From a virus, in the IMG/VR virus record IMGVR_UViG_3300012954_000009, positions 38,474 to 102,473 of that record: a stretch of 64,000 nt of DNA, one strand, 5' to 3'. The notes under the pieces are model-generated. The model was not told where the DNA came from. It saw only the letters and a list, made by a program, of their open reading frames with translations, and did not search any database. The stretch's first letter is position 1, and every line of letters starts with the position of its first letter. This document shows, one piece after another, positions 49,355 to 57,431 of the stretch. Both the position numbers and the translations under genes were made by a program.

Positions 49355-50638
49355 TTACCCTTCAATTGGTTCTCCTGGTCCTTCTTCTTCTCCTGGTATT
49401 TCAGGTGTAGTTTCTACAGGGAATGACTCAACTGGGATTCTAGCAACTTCTGCTAGTCCGTCCCATACTTCTTTTATGAACTTATTGACAATATCAGATG
49501 TTTCACTTCCATCACACTTAACGTAGATTTTGTAAAGATACTGATCATTATCAAATACTCCCGTAGGGTTATTAAATCTAGGAATACTGTGTAATAAGTA
49601 CCAAGCTTTGTACATTACAGGATTTCCTAAAGCATCATTTCTGTCAACAGAAGCTAAGATTCTGTCAGATCCTTCAATCTCACGGATTCTTGCACTATCT
49701 CTGTTCCCTTGGTTAAATGGTGATTGCATGTAGTTCTCAGTCATTATGATTTCTCTTAATACTGTGTCTCCATAAGTTCCACCCATTTGTCCTGGTGTAC
49801 TTGTAGTAACACCACAATCAGAACAAGGATCTCCAGACTCATCTAGTAAAGAAGCAACAAGAGTTACAGGTTCTTTACCATAAAAGTCTCTAGTATCAAA
49901 TGAACAGTTGCCAAACTTAGTATCTACATAAGCACCTACTAAACATAGTTTTACTTCTGTGATATCTGTTGCACCTGGCGTGTATCCAGTTGATGTAAGA
50001 ACTTGTTCAATTGTATATTCAGCTGTTCCTGATGCAGTAGTTACAACAATACCACCTGAAGTTGCTGCGTTTTTCTCAGCAACAAAAGGTTTTACAATAG
50101 GATCTTCTAGTAACATTGCACCCGCAGTTGCTAAAGCAACAGCTGGATCAACATACTCTTCTCCTTCTGCACAACATGCTCCACCTGAATCACCAACTGC
50201 ATATGCATTACGGTTTAAAAACCTTAATGCTGCTGAACCTTTTACATCTAATCTTAGATATAGTGGGCTTCCACATGGAGCACACTTAGGTCCTACAGAG
50301 ATACAAGTTTCACCTTGAGTAGGTGTAGTACAGTCCTCACTCCAAAGTCTTGTTACATACTTAGGATTAATTCCTTTTGATTTCACGGATTCTGCGTACC
50401 CTCCGTGCCCTGGGTTGTTTCCAATAGTGTCACCGCCTGGTACATTGTGATAAGACCCCTGAACAATATATAAAAGTCCAGCGTTTGGAGAACCAATTGC
50501 ACCCGTAGATACAGTTGTCCATTTGTCATCACTTACCAATCCGATCATACCTGGAGTCAAGTCTTTAGTAGCAACTTCTGTGCTAGCTACTTTACTTGGG
50601 TTAAAGCTTTTACAAAAAGCATGATTAAAATAAGCCAT
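49355..50638 (-). CDS. Abundant structural protein, probably auxiliary capsid protein
   Basis: 427 aa. Has its own promoter motif and terminator, consistent with high expression. Position after the first ring gene matches the auxiliary capsid gene of crAss-like phages. Confidence 0.5.
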   Translation of the reverse strand: MAYFNHAFCKSFNPSKVASTEVATKDLTPGMIGLVSDDKWTTVSTGAIGSPNAGLLYIVQGSYHNVPGGDTIGNNPGHGGYAESVKSKGINPKYVTRLWSEDCTTPTQGETCISVGPKCAPCGSPLYLRLDVKGSAALRFLNRNAYAVGDSGGACCAEGEEYVDPAVALATAGAMLLEDPIVKPFVAEKNAATSGGIVVTTASGTAEYTIEQVLTSTGYTPGATDITEVKLCLVGAYVDTKFGNCSFDTRDFYGKEPVTLVASLLDESGDPCSDCGVTTSTPGQMGGTYGDTVLREIIMTENYMQSPFNQGNRDSARIREIEGSDRILASVDRNDALGNPVMYKAWYLLHSIPRFNNPTGVFDNDQYLYKIYVKCDGSETSDIVNKFIKEVWDGLAEVARIPVESFPVETTPEIPGEEEGPGEPIEG

Positions 50639-50691
50639 TTTTCTTTAATTTTTAGTTATACATAATTTTAATAAATAGTACCTACTTAGGG

Positions 50692-50707
50692 TACAATAAT
50701 AATATAC
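50692..50707 (-). promoter_or_regulatory. Putative phage late promoter GTATATTAT-W4-GTA
   Basis: GTATATTATTATTGTA upstream of the 427-aa gene. Confidence 0.72.
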
Positions 50708-50731
50708 ATAAACTTTTTATATATATCAAAT

Positions 50732-51442
50732 TTAATTACTTCTTTCTGCGGCTTGTTGACTCATTTGAGCTTCACCGTAGTTAGAAATATCACCTGCTAT
50801 AATAGCAGCTGCCTCGTCAATAAATAACTCAACAATATCATCTTTAAACTCAGAATCTACATCTACTGCTGGTGCTACTCCAGTGTATGGATCTATAATT
50901 CCAGCAACCTCAATATATGTGGGTCTTCTATAATATGTTAAAACAGGATTTACAATATTAAAATCCTCTTCTCTGTATATTCTTAGCTCCCCATCTATTA
51001 AAGTACAAAATGTTTCTCCCCATTCAAAACTAGGTTTTTTGAGGGGATCTCTCAATATAAGATTTACGTTAGCTTCTTCTGCTAAATATACTGTCATAGA
51101 CCTTGCTTCTGGACAACATTCTGTATTAGCATCTGTACTTACTCTTTTAAACTCTAAGTACTCTTCCTTACTAGGAAAGTTATTAGATTGAAAGTATGTT
51201 GCAGTACTTGTGCCTGTTAAAGGTATTTCACGTAAAAGAATTTGCATATCATCTATTCTTCTTTTAGATGATTCATCTCCTTCTTTATACATGTTACCAC
51301 CATGCAAGTTACGTCTGCACCACTCAACTTGAGCTTTATTAAAAGCTTCAATCATTTGCCAAGCTTCTATATTATCAAAATCTTGACTATCTAATTTATT
51401 AAGCCTTTGTTTTAGTTTTAATTGAAGTGTTGCGTTATTCAT
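50732..51442 (-). CDS. Ring / head-tail connector protein
   Basis: 236 aa. LNKLDSQ...FNKAQ N-terminus and LTYYRRP motif typical of crAss-like ring proteins downstream of the capsid gene. Confidence 0.6.
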   Translation of the reverse strand: MNNATLQLKLKQRLNKLDSQDFDNIEAWQMIEAFNKAQVEWCRRNLHGGNMYKEGDESSKRRIDDMQILLREIPLTGTSTATYFQSNNFPSKEEYLEFKRVSTDANTECCPEARSMTVYLAEEANVNLILRDPLKKPSFEWGETFCTLIDGELRIYREEDFNIVNPVLTYYRRPTYIEVAGIIDPYTGVAPAVDVDSEFKDDIVELFIDEAAAIIAGDISNYGEAQMSQQAAERSN

Positions 51443-51453
51443 AATTTTTTATT

Positions 51454-52470
51454 TTAAGAGTTCCAATAAGATTCTACTTTAGATAATAGACTCATAAGTA
51501 CTTCTTCTTGTTCAGGTTTCTTTAGAAACTTAACTACTTCTTCTTGTCTCTTTCCTAGTTTTAAACCAGTATCTAATGTTTCAATCCATCCTCCTGCTTT
51601 TGATGTAATAAATCTATAGTAAAGGCAATCCTTAACTAAAGCAGTAACTTTTAAATCCTCCATATTAAGCTTAGAAGCTTTAATAAATGATTCTGCTGCT
51701 TTCTTTTTATTACTTTCAGTTCCTTCTCCATTAATGTGAATATCCATATTCTCATAAATAACATCTACTGGAGTATTCTTTGTATATTGTACACTATCAA
51801 AATCAACAATCTTAGCTACGTACATAAGTTTAGTATTATTCTTATTATACATTTGCTCTAAAGCAACTAATGCTTTATTTCTTAGTTTACTATATTCAGT
51901 TCTTGTAGATATAGATTCTTCTACTGTATCTAAATAAAATTTTGGAGTTGGGCTAGACTTCTTTGCATCCTTTAATGATTTAGCTACAATAGAAAAACCA
52001 CCTGCTTTAATTGCATGAATCTTTATAAGATCATAAGGATCTGTTTCTGGATCTAAATAGACTGGGTCATTACCACATCTTAGATTAATTCTAGACCAAA
52101 ACTTATCATTGTCTGGTTTCAATAATGTTAATTTATTCCAGAACTCTTTATCATCTGGATCAACAACATTAGCTGCTAAATCTTTTTCTAGTTGAGAAAC
52201 TGTAGCTCTAATTTCTTTAACTTTGATTTCTCTTTCTCCAGGTGGGAGTAGTTTAACATCAGGAGCAAATTCATTAAGTCCTGTTACATATCTTTTAACT
52301 CCATTTATTTCTAAACAAGCTAAAGTTTCTTCATGATATACTCCATCATGTAATGCCATTCCATAGTTTTCTAAACCCATGTTTTGTTTACTTGGGTTAA
52401 AAAAAGGCTTGATAGCAATAGCCTTCTTTTTTCTCTGCTGATATTTTTCAACAATAGTGTAATCTTCCAT
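51454..52470 (-). CDS. Conserved crAss-like capsid-module protein of unknown function
   Basis: 338 aa. FWSRINL...YLDPETDPYDLI motif. Lies between MCP and ring gene, as in the conserved crAss-like gene block. Confidence 0.5.
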   Translation of the reverse strand: MEDYTIVEKYQQRKKKAIAIKPFFNPSKQNMGLENYGMALHDGVYHEETLACLEINGVKRYVTGLNEFAPDVKLLPPGEREIKVKEIRATVSQLEKDLAANVVDPDDKEFWNKLTLLKPDNDKFWSRINLRCGNDPVYLDPETDPYDLIKIHAIKAGGFSIVAKSLKDAKKSSPTPKFYLDTVEESISTRTEYSKLRNKALVALEQMYNKNNTKLMYVAKIVDFDSVQYTKNTPVDVIYENMDIHINGEGTESNKKKAAESFIKASKLNMEDLKVTALVKDCLYYRFITSKAGGWIETLDTGLKLGKRQEEVVKFLKKPEQEEVLMSLLSKVESYWNS

Positions 52471-52505
52471 TTTTATTGGTTTTAATTAATAATTATTACT
52501 TCACT

Positions 52506-52513
52506 CAAAAGTA
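52506..52513 (-). promoter_or_regulatory. Possible Bacteroidota housekeeping-sigma -7 element (TAnnTTTG)
   Basis: TACTTTTG, 35 nt upstream of the 338-aa gene. No clear -33 TTTG at the expected spacing. Confidence 0.3.
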
Positions 52514-52597
52514 CAAAAAATTTGTACAGTTTATTATTAATATATCTATAAGCAAGCTTTTACACTTGCTTAAAGTTTTGATTCAGTAATATCTAAT

Positions 52598-52828
52598 CTA
52601 AGCTTCAGCACCGCCACCAAGAGCTTCAGCTACTTCTAACATCAATTGAACTTCATCACAAGTCAAAAATTGAGTTGGTATGCCATCAAAAATTGTTGTA
52701 ACTCCTTGAACTTTGTAAAAACCAGGTCCCTGATCTTCACAAGGTTCAATTACAAAATTTCCTTCTGGGTAGTTGATTGCAGGTATTGATTCCTTTAACT
52801 TCTCTATTAATTCACTAAAATGTCCCAT
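52598..52828 (-). CDS. Small acidic hypothetical protein, paralog of 52848-53108
   Basis: 76 aa. CEDQGPGFYKVQGV...LTCDEVQLML. Confidence 0.65.
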   Translation of the reverse strand: MGHFSELIEKLKESIPAINYPEGNFVIEPCEDQGPGFYKVQGVTTIFDGIPTQFLTCDEVQLMLEVAEALGGGAEA

Positions 52829-52847
52829 GTCTTATAATTTTATTTAA

Positions 52848-53108
52848 TTATGATGCACCAGCAAATTGCTGCAATGATTGATAAAGAGCCAAAAGCTCAT
52901 CAACCTCTTCACAATTCAAAGTTTTAAAAACTTCATCACCCTTTGACTCAGCATGAGGATTTATTCCTTGCACTGTATAGTGATCAGGTCTATCATCACA
53001 ATTATCAAATCTCATGATCACAGAACTTGACTCTTCAGGGTTAGGTGACCCTAGTATAGTTCTTATCATAGTATTAATTTGTTCTTTTACTTTTTCAAAT
53101 GCGTCCAT
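52848..53108 (-). CDS. Small acidic hypothetical protein, paralog of 52598-52828
   Basis: 86 aa. CDDRPDHYTVQGI...LNCEEVDELL. Confidence 0.65.
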   Translation of the reverse strand: MDAFEKVKEQINTMIRTILGSPNPEESSSVIMRFDNCDDRPDHYTVQGINPHAESKGDEVFKTLNCEEVDELLALYQSLQQFAGAS

Positions 53109-53131
53109 AATATTATTATTTTAATTAATTT

Positions 53132-54250
53132 TTAAGCTTCTTTAGGTGCTCCACCTTCGGCTAATAGCTTTTGTAAAAACATTAGCTGATCAACTTGTTC
53201 AGGATTTAATTCACAACATTCAGCTGCTTGACCTCCAGAACATGCTGATGAAATACTTGTTCTACCTACAGCTAAAGAGTTCATTTCACCAATACCAGAA
53301 GCTACACCTTGTCCTATTGAGATATAATTATCTTCTGCTTTTGTTAAAGTGTCACTCATAGCATCAGCTTTAAACTTAAGCTCATCATTCAATTTTGAAG
53401 CTGCAGAACGTAAACCTTTAAGTTCAGCCACTACTTCTTCTTGTGCTTGATATTGAGCTCTTACCGCTTTAATTTCTGCATCTAATTGAGATATTTGAAC
53501 TTCAAGATCTGCAATTTTAGAAACTACTCCTTCGCTCAACAATGTAGTTAAGTCCTTACATGCAGATTTACCTGAACCTTCTTTCTTGGCTGACGCACAT
53601 TTGGCTTCAGCAGTATCAAGATCTTCCTTTAGCTTCTGTAATTGTTCATTTGCTTGATCTCTTTGTGACTTAAGTACATCCAGCTCCTGGTCAAGAACAT
53701 CTGCTTCTCTAGATGCTTCTTTAGCTTTATTGGCGTAAATTTCATCTTGGACAACAGAATCAGCACGCATAGTCTCTATACCAACAATACTATCTTTAGC
53801 CTCACATAGTGCAGCTTCAAATGGTGTTAAGATTCTAATTTCATAAACTACAGTTTCACAACCTTCTACGTTAGCGGCTATTGATACTTCACCTTCTTCT
53901 GGCTCTGGCTTTTCACCTATAGGCTCAATTACTTCACCTTCATGTCCTTCTCCTATTGGCTCTACAATCTCTTCCATTACCTCTTTGGCATGTTCTAATC
54001 CTGGAGGGCCAATTGGCTCTTCACCAAAATTTTCTAGTCCAGTTTGAAATTTCTGTCCTAGACCATACATATCACCAATACGTAGACCAGCATTCCAAGC
54101 TTCATAAACCGTCTTAAAAACTCTAAGTTCAGTTTGACCTCTATGCACACTATCTACTACTCCAAGTGCAGCAAGATTTGAACCGGCATTACCATCAAAA
54201 ATATTACTTGTAAATGGAAGCAAAGGCTTCCCTACTTTTAATTCACTCAT
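53132..54250 (-). CDS. Coiled-coil accessory (capsid decoration-like) protein
   Basis: 372 aa directly after MCP. FKTVYEAWNAGLRIGDMY motif, EPIG repeats, long heptad region. Confidence 0.55.
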   Translation of the reverse strand: MSELKVGKPLLPFTSNIFDGNAGSNLAALGVVDSVHRGQTELRVFKTVYEAWNAGLRIGDMYGLGQKFQTGLENFGEEPIGPPGLEHAKEVMEEIVEPIGEGHEGEVIEPIGEKPEPEEGEVSIAANVEGCETVVYEIRILTPFEAALCEAKDSIVGIETMRADSVVQDEIYANKAKEASREADVLDQELDVLKSQRDQANEQLQKLKEDLDTAEAKCASAKKEGSGKSACKDLTTLLSEGVVSKIADLEVQISQLDAEIKAVRAQYQAQEEVVAELKGLRSAASKLNDELKFKADAMSDTLTKAEDNYISIGQGVASGIGEMNSLAVGRTSISSACSGGQAAECCELNPEQVDQLMFLQKLLAEGGAPKEA

Positions 54251-54267
54251 TTTTTTATATTTTTAAA

Positions 54268-54297
54268 TAAAAAAGGGAGGGGTTACCCTCCCCTTTC
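54268..54297 (-). terminator. Rho-independent terminator after major capsid gene
   Basis: Minus strand GGGAGGG-TAAC-CCCTCCC followed by T6. Confidence 0.85.
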
Positions 54298-54318
54298 TAA
54301 GGTTAAACTAATTCAAAT

Positions 54319-55938
54319 TTAGAATGAGCCTCCAGTAACTGGATTTCTCATTACAATTTTCAAGACTTTAGTCGGATCTTTAACCCATACAGCAGGCATG
54401 GTTTGAGTCATATATACTCTATATCCATTGAACTGTCCTGTGGATGCAAAACCTTGAGTTCTTCCCATATAGTCCATAGTACCATTTTGGTAGAACCACT
54501 TAAGTTGATTATCCCAAGAAAGTTTCAATAAGAATATATTATCATTACCTTCTTCTGTAACATCAAAAATGATAAAGCTATAAGAGCTTAATGGTCTTCC
54601 ATCAATTAATGGATTCTCAATATCATTTGTATGTAGGTTATCAAACGCTGGATTCAATACAAATTTAACATTAGCTAAGAATGGAATAGTAAAGCTTGTG
54701 TAAGCAAAACCAAAATCAAGATCCATTCCTTGACCTGTTACAGCACCAATATCAGATGCATTTTGTACTAAACCTGAACCAAATACTTCATCAGCAATTG
54801 CTTTGTTAATTAACTGCATACCACCAATACCTGTTTGTACAACAAGTTTTCTTTGTGGGTCTGGTCCTTTAAATTCAACTTTACCTTGATAGAAGTTATA
54901 AAGTTCAGACTTAAACATATCCAATGTAAACTGTGACTTGTTATATACTCTTTTGAAAGAGTTATCTAACTGAGACCAAAGACCTACTGATAATCTAATA
55001 TCATCTGGACCATCTTGTTTAATTCTACCACCTTTACCCCACATTAGGTAAGTTTCAATATCATTAGCAATTTTAGATAAATGAGCTGCTTCAAGATTTG
55101 TGATGAATGTTCTTGTTAAAGTACCATTCTCAAATGCATCTCTTGCACCTGCTTTACCCATATTTGCTACTAACTGCTCAATGCTTGATACAGATGGGTT
55201 GTTTGGATCTTGGTTGAAGTTTCTCCAAATCTCTGTTACAGGTACTGTTCCGTCAGCATTCAATCCTCCTTTGATCATAAGATCAGCTCTAGAAGAAATA
55301 GAATAGTGTACGTGTGCCTCAGCTCCTCCTACAAAGTTGTAGAATTCTCTGAAACCAGATCCTGTTTCAATATCTGAAAATCTTTCTCCATACTCACCTC
55401 TTGCAGAACCTTTTCTAAAGTACTTAGTTCCTGCTACTAAATATTTAGCAGCGTCTAACGTAGCACCATTATCATTGTTTACAAGCTGAACAGTATAGAC
55501 ATACCCATCACCCGCTGGTAAAATATCATCAGCAGTAACGTATAGCTCTAAACCGTTGTATTTGTCATAGGTAATAATATCACCATGTCCAAAAGAACGT
55601 TTAGATAACTTAATTTTGAAGGTCACACCATCTGCACCTAGTTCACTAGATGATTCAATGTTACCTACACAGAACGGTAAGTCCTGTGCTACTGGAGTTT
55701 GCCATTTATACTCACCTCTAGCATTGTCTACCTCAATTGTATTCTTTCCACCAAAAGAAGCCATTTGATATAAAGGCATTTCAACTTTTTGAGTCATTGC
55801 CCATAAATCAACTGGTCCCATATCCATAGGCTCGGCAGAACCAAGCATCTGGGTAAGGTGATAAGAATCAACATGAGAACTTGCTTTGTAGCTTGTATCT
55901 CTTAGGAAAATTCCATTGTTTAAAACTGGAGTTGCCAT
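54319..55938 (-). CDS. Major capsid protein (crAss-like HK97 fold)
   Basis: 539 aa, after the scaffold and before a strong terminator. ETYLMWGKG, GLWSQL and C-terminal VWVKDPTK motifs typical of crAss-like MCPs. Confidence 0.85.
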   Translation of the reverse strand: MATPVLNNGIFLRDTSYKASSHVDSYHLTQMLGSAEPMDMGPVDLWAMTQKVEMPLYQMASFGGKNTIEVDNARGEYKWQTPVAQDLPFCVGNIESSSELGADGVTFKIKLSKRSFGHGDIITYDKYNGLELYVTADDILPAGDGYVYTVQLVNNDNGATLDAAKYLVAGTKYFRKGSARGEYGERFSDIETGSGFREFYNFVGGAEAHVHYSISSRADLMIKGGLNADGTVPVTEIWRNFNQDPNNPSVSSIEQLVANMGKAGARDAFENGTLTRTFITNLEAAHLSKIANDIETYLMWGKGGRIKQDGPDDIRLSVGLWSQLDNSFKRVYNKSQFTLDMFKSELYNFYQGKVEFKGPDPQRKLVVQTGIGGMQLINKAIADEVFGSGLVQNASDIGAVTGQGMDLDFGFAYTSFTIPFLANVKFVLNPAFDNLHTNDIENPLIDGRPLSSYSFIIFDVTEEGNDNIFLLKLSWDNQLKWFYQNGTMDYMGRTQGFASTGQFNGYRVYMTQTMPAVWVKDPTKVLKIVMRNPVTGGSF

Positions 55939-55993
55939 AATTGTTTTCTTTTTTTTTGATTAATAATTAATTGTTTACTTATATATATATTCT

Positions 55994-57316
55994 TTAATAT
56001 CTTTTAAAAATGTTGTTAGGTCTAGCAATTTTCTTTTTAGAAGTTCTTGCGCCTTCTTTATCTCTTTGTTCAACACCTAGTGAACTTCCTCCGCTATTTG
56101 CTTGCTCAGTTTTTAGTTTTCTAACAGTTTTTTCAACTGCTGATTGAGCACCCTTCTCCATTATTTTAGTCTTGTATCCATTTGGATCTGCAAGTAACCA
56201 AAGAGCTTCAGCTATAAGTGGATAGTTTGGTTCTACAAACTGATACTTTTCTAATAGATGTCCTAATAGATTTGTATTCTTTCCACTAACTGAAGGATAA
56301 TTTGGTTGAACTAATCCGTTATACAACATTGCTTGAACTTTTCGGTCAACTTTAATTTCATTTACTTTACCTTCTTTTAAGGTATCATATACACTTTGCA
56401 TGTAATTTTGTGACGCTTGTTCTTGTTGCTTACGTTTCATCTCTTGTTGTTGTAACTTTTGTGCAACAACTTTTTCTTGCATCTTATCCAATTTCGGTTT
56501 GAACTTTTTTGCTTGTTGTTCAAGCTTTCCAAGATCTTTCCAAATTTCTATTTCTTCTGCTATTTCTTGTTCTGTTCCATATCCTGTAGCAGATAAATAG
56601 TCTACAATAATTCTTTCTTGGTCCCTTTCTCTTTTTATATCTAAAGATTTAGTTTCCTCTGTTTGTGCAAGAGTTTGAAATAAACCCTTTAAGTCTTGAC
56701 CTCCTTCAGCAACATATCTTGCCGCTACCTGGAGTTCTTTTGGTAAACTGTCAAAGAACTGTTTTGGAGTTTCACTTCTAACTTGTCTTGCTCTTTCTTC
56801 TAAGTTAGCTTCTATTAACTCCTCCCAATCTTTAGTTGAATATTCTTCTAAAGATTTGTCATCATCAAAAGGAACAATTTTATCATCTTTAATAAGCTTC
56901 TTAAATACATCACTTATTCCACTTATAGACTTACGTCCCCTTGTTTCTTTCTTCTTTTCTTTAGCTTCAGGTTTTACTTCTTCTGTTTCTTCTTCTATTA
57001 AAGAATCTAATACATCAGAAGCTTCTTCTTTAGCTTCAGCAGTAACTTCTTCAGCTACTGTTTCTTTTTCTTCTTTAGCAGGCTCTTCTGTTTCTGCTGT
57101 TTCTACATTTAAATCAGTAGCTTTTTCTACCTCTTTTTCTGTAAATGACATATCTGCTTCCCTATTAGGTTTAGAAAATATGCTCTTTTTCTTTTCTGTT
57201 CCTTCTGATGGAACTGTTACTTCAGATGCTGTAGGTGCACCGTTAAAAATCTCATCAAGATTTACTTCAACATTTGCTTCTACTTTGCTATCCACAGTAT
57301 TATTATTATCACTCAT
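55994..57316 (-). CDS. Capsid scaffolding-like protein
   Basis: 440 aa. Acidic disordered N-terminus, coiled coil, immediately upstream of MCP. Confidence 0.7.
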   Translation of the reverse strand: MSDNNNTVDSKVEANVEVNLDEIFNGAPTASEVTVPSEGTEKKKSIFSKPNREADMSFTEKEVEKATDLNVETAETEEPAKEEKETVAEEVTAEAKEEASDVLDSLIEEETEEVKPEAKEKKKETRGRKSISGISDVFKKLIKDDKIVPFDDDKSLEEYSTKDWEELIEANLEERARQVRSETPKQFFDSLPKELQVAARYVAEGGQDLKGLFQTLAQTEETKSLDIKRERDQERIIVDYLSATGYGTEQEIAEEIEIWKDLGKLEQQAKKFKPKLDKMQEKVVAQKLQQQEMKRKQQEQASQNYMQSVYDTLKEGKVNEIKVDRKVQAMLYNGLVQPNYPSVSGKNTNLLGHLLEKYQFVEPNYPLIAEALWLLADPNGYKTKIMEKGAQSAVEKTVRKLKTEQANSGGSSLGVEQRDKEGARTSKKKIARPNNIFKRY

Positions 57317-57346
57317 GTTATTGGTTTTTATAGTTAATCAATTATC

Positions 57347-57362
57347 TACATATATAATATAC
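57347..57362 (-). promoter_or_regulatory. Putative phage late promoter GTATATTAT-W4-GTA
   Basis: GTATATTATATATGTA upstream of the scaffold-MCP operon. Confidence 0.7.
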
Positions 57363-57431
57363 GCATATATTTTTAAATAAACTTAATAAATTTTATTGAA
57401 CTTTTCTTTTTTGTGCAGTATATAGCTAACA

